Shown here one piece after another: positions 62,652-64,000 of a DNA stretch of 64,000 nucleotides (positions are counted from its first letter, which is position 1; each line of letters begins with the position of its first letter). Position numbers and translations under genes: made by a program. The notes under the pieces are model-generated. The model was given only the letters and a program-made list of their open reading frames with translations. It was not told the DNA's origin and did no database searches. The stretch is from Candidatus Levyibacteriota bacterium (GTDB taxonomy: Bacteria > Patescibacteriota > Microgenomatia > Levybacterales > UBA12049), in contig DAIDHK010000003.1 of assembly GCA_027459725.1 (NCBI GenBank), positions 931 through 64,930 of the forward strand. Reading direction: 5' to 3'.

Positions 62652-63299
62652 TACACAGTTACTAGAAGTTTCCAGTAATTACTCAAAGTGAGATCTGATG
62701 TCTTAATCCGTACTTTCATCTTTCAACATGGAGTCCATAACGAAGACTAAATTCAGGCTGTAGAATCGGATATTGAGCTACATTTTTCCCTCCATGCACT
62801 CCTTCAACTAAAATAACATCCTCCAGATCGATATCTCTTTTTAAAACATTTTTCACCTCTGATTTTATTTATTGGTATACAGCAAAGTCGTATGTAAGGG
62901 GCTAACCTCACGCGTGTTCATTTATGTGCTTGTAAAGAGATAACAAATAGCATACCGATGACAAGCGAAGGCTATACAATTACAAAATACCAACTTAGTT
63001 ATCAATCAAAACCCACATTCCATAAGTAAAACAAGCCAAATCCAAGAAAAGTAATTACACCTACCAAGTCATACTTCCAATCGATCAATATAACAACCAG
63101 ACAAATTAACGATTAGAGCAGATGCATAAAAAGAGGTAAAATAATCTCACACTCTGAATAGCTGAAAAAATACTCTTACCCGGAACATGAAAGTTCTTTT
63201 GCTTCTGTTAAAGCTGCTATTACTGAATTTATGACGCTTAAGCTCGTTGATTTTCAGACTGAGGTGTTAAATAATGTTAATATAAGTTAACGACAAGAT

Positions 63300-63473
63300 A
63301 TGGAAGAAAAATTTTACACAGCCAAAGATGTGGCTCAAATCCTCAAAGTTGCTTATATGACTGTTTATCTCTGGATAAGAGCAGGAAAATTAAAAGCATA
63401 TCTTGTACAAAAACAATATCGTATTAAGAATATAGACCTTCAAAGTTTTATTGAAGCTGGAAGCAGTAAATAA
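63300..63473 (+). CDS. excisionase-like (HTH_17) DNA-binding protein
   Basis: Manual translation MEEKFYTAKDVAQILKVAYMTVYLWIRAGKLKAYLVQKQYRIKNIDLQSFIEAGSSK. Confidence 0.8.
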   Translation: MEEKFYTAKDVAQILKVAYMTVYLWIRAGKLKAYLVQKQYRIKNIDLQSFIEAGSSK

Positions 63474-63474
63474 C

Positions 63475-64000
63475 ATGGCAAAGCAATACAATAATACTCA
63501 GAATATACTACAACCACAAGAGAAAAGTTATAAATTTTCAGCTGATGTTATCCGCGTTCTTGCAATCGCTGGGGTGGTACTTATCCACACAGCAAATGCA
63601 GTATATGGAAGACCAGATTTTTTTGGAGGAATTTCATGGTGGATAGCTATAATATTAAATTCTTTTTCTCGTATTGCAATTCCACTTTTCATAATGTTAA
63701 GCGGATATTTCATACTAAACAAGGATGAATCGTTTAGTAAATCATTAAAACGTACAGCAAATCGTATTATTATTCCACTTCTATTTTGGTTTGTAGCTGA
63801 TGTTATATGGAATGGAGGGAAACCTTCATTTGTTAATTTAAATCAATCTATAATTGTCAGACTGTTAACAGTAAATGTACTCGACCTCTATTTCCTAATA
63901 ATACTTGTAGGACTTTACATCGTAGCACCAATTATCAGGGCTTATTTACAGAAAACAAATTATTTAACACAAAGAAACTTTACGATATTTGCTCTATCAG
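63475..64000 (+). CDS. acyltransferase-3 family membrane protein (partial, runs off window)
   Basis: ADVIRVLAIAGVVLIH..SRIAIPLFIMLSGYFIL..KR..RIIIP. Confidence 0.85.
   Translation, partial: MAKQYNNTQNILQPQEKSYKFSADVIRVLAIAGVVLIHTANAVYGRPDFFGGISWWIAIILNSFSRIAIPLFIMLSGYFILNKDESFSKSLKRTANRIIIPLLFWFVADVIWNGGKPSFVNLNQSIIVRLLTVNVLDLYFLIILVGLYIVAPIIRAYLQKTNYLTQRNFTIFALS

Overview
The window looks like the chromosome of a Patescibacteria (CPR) bacterium, probably Microgenomates-like; this is inferred from gene content, not from a search. It spans the replication origin. Right half (35.3-62.7 kb) is housekeeping: dnaN-dnaA with a bipartite oriC (DnaA-box array plus DnaA-trios), rpmH-rnpA-yidD-yidC-jag, pgk, valS, def, rplY, ruvCAB, a Ham1/RdgB pyrophosphatase, guaBA, dnaG and rpoD. 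An IS481-family element with a 17-bp target duplication sits between dnaA and rpmH. Left half (0-35.3 kb) is a monoderm-conjugation-type T4SS/pilus locus with no relaxase in view. It holds a VirB6/TrbL-like protein, five VirB2-like pilin-domain genes around two GT-C glycosyltransferases, PrgI, VirB4, a glucosaminidase-like protein, a CHAP protein and a divergent AAA-wHTH regulator with a palindromic site. Interleaved are large orphan acidic coiled-coil proteins without signal peptides. Three end in -AA, and two are tightly paired with small helical proteins that share a KLLPF motif. This candidate effector/partner set is the best lead for an undescribed system. Also seen: tRNA-Ser(TGA) near two nuclease pseudogenes, apparent pilin gene conversion, widespread leaderless-type promoters and a 34-bp repeat bracketing valS. 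All family calls come from reading motifs by eye.
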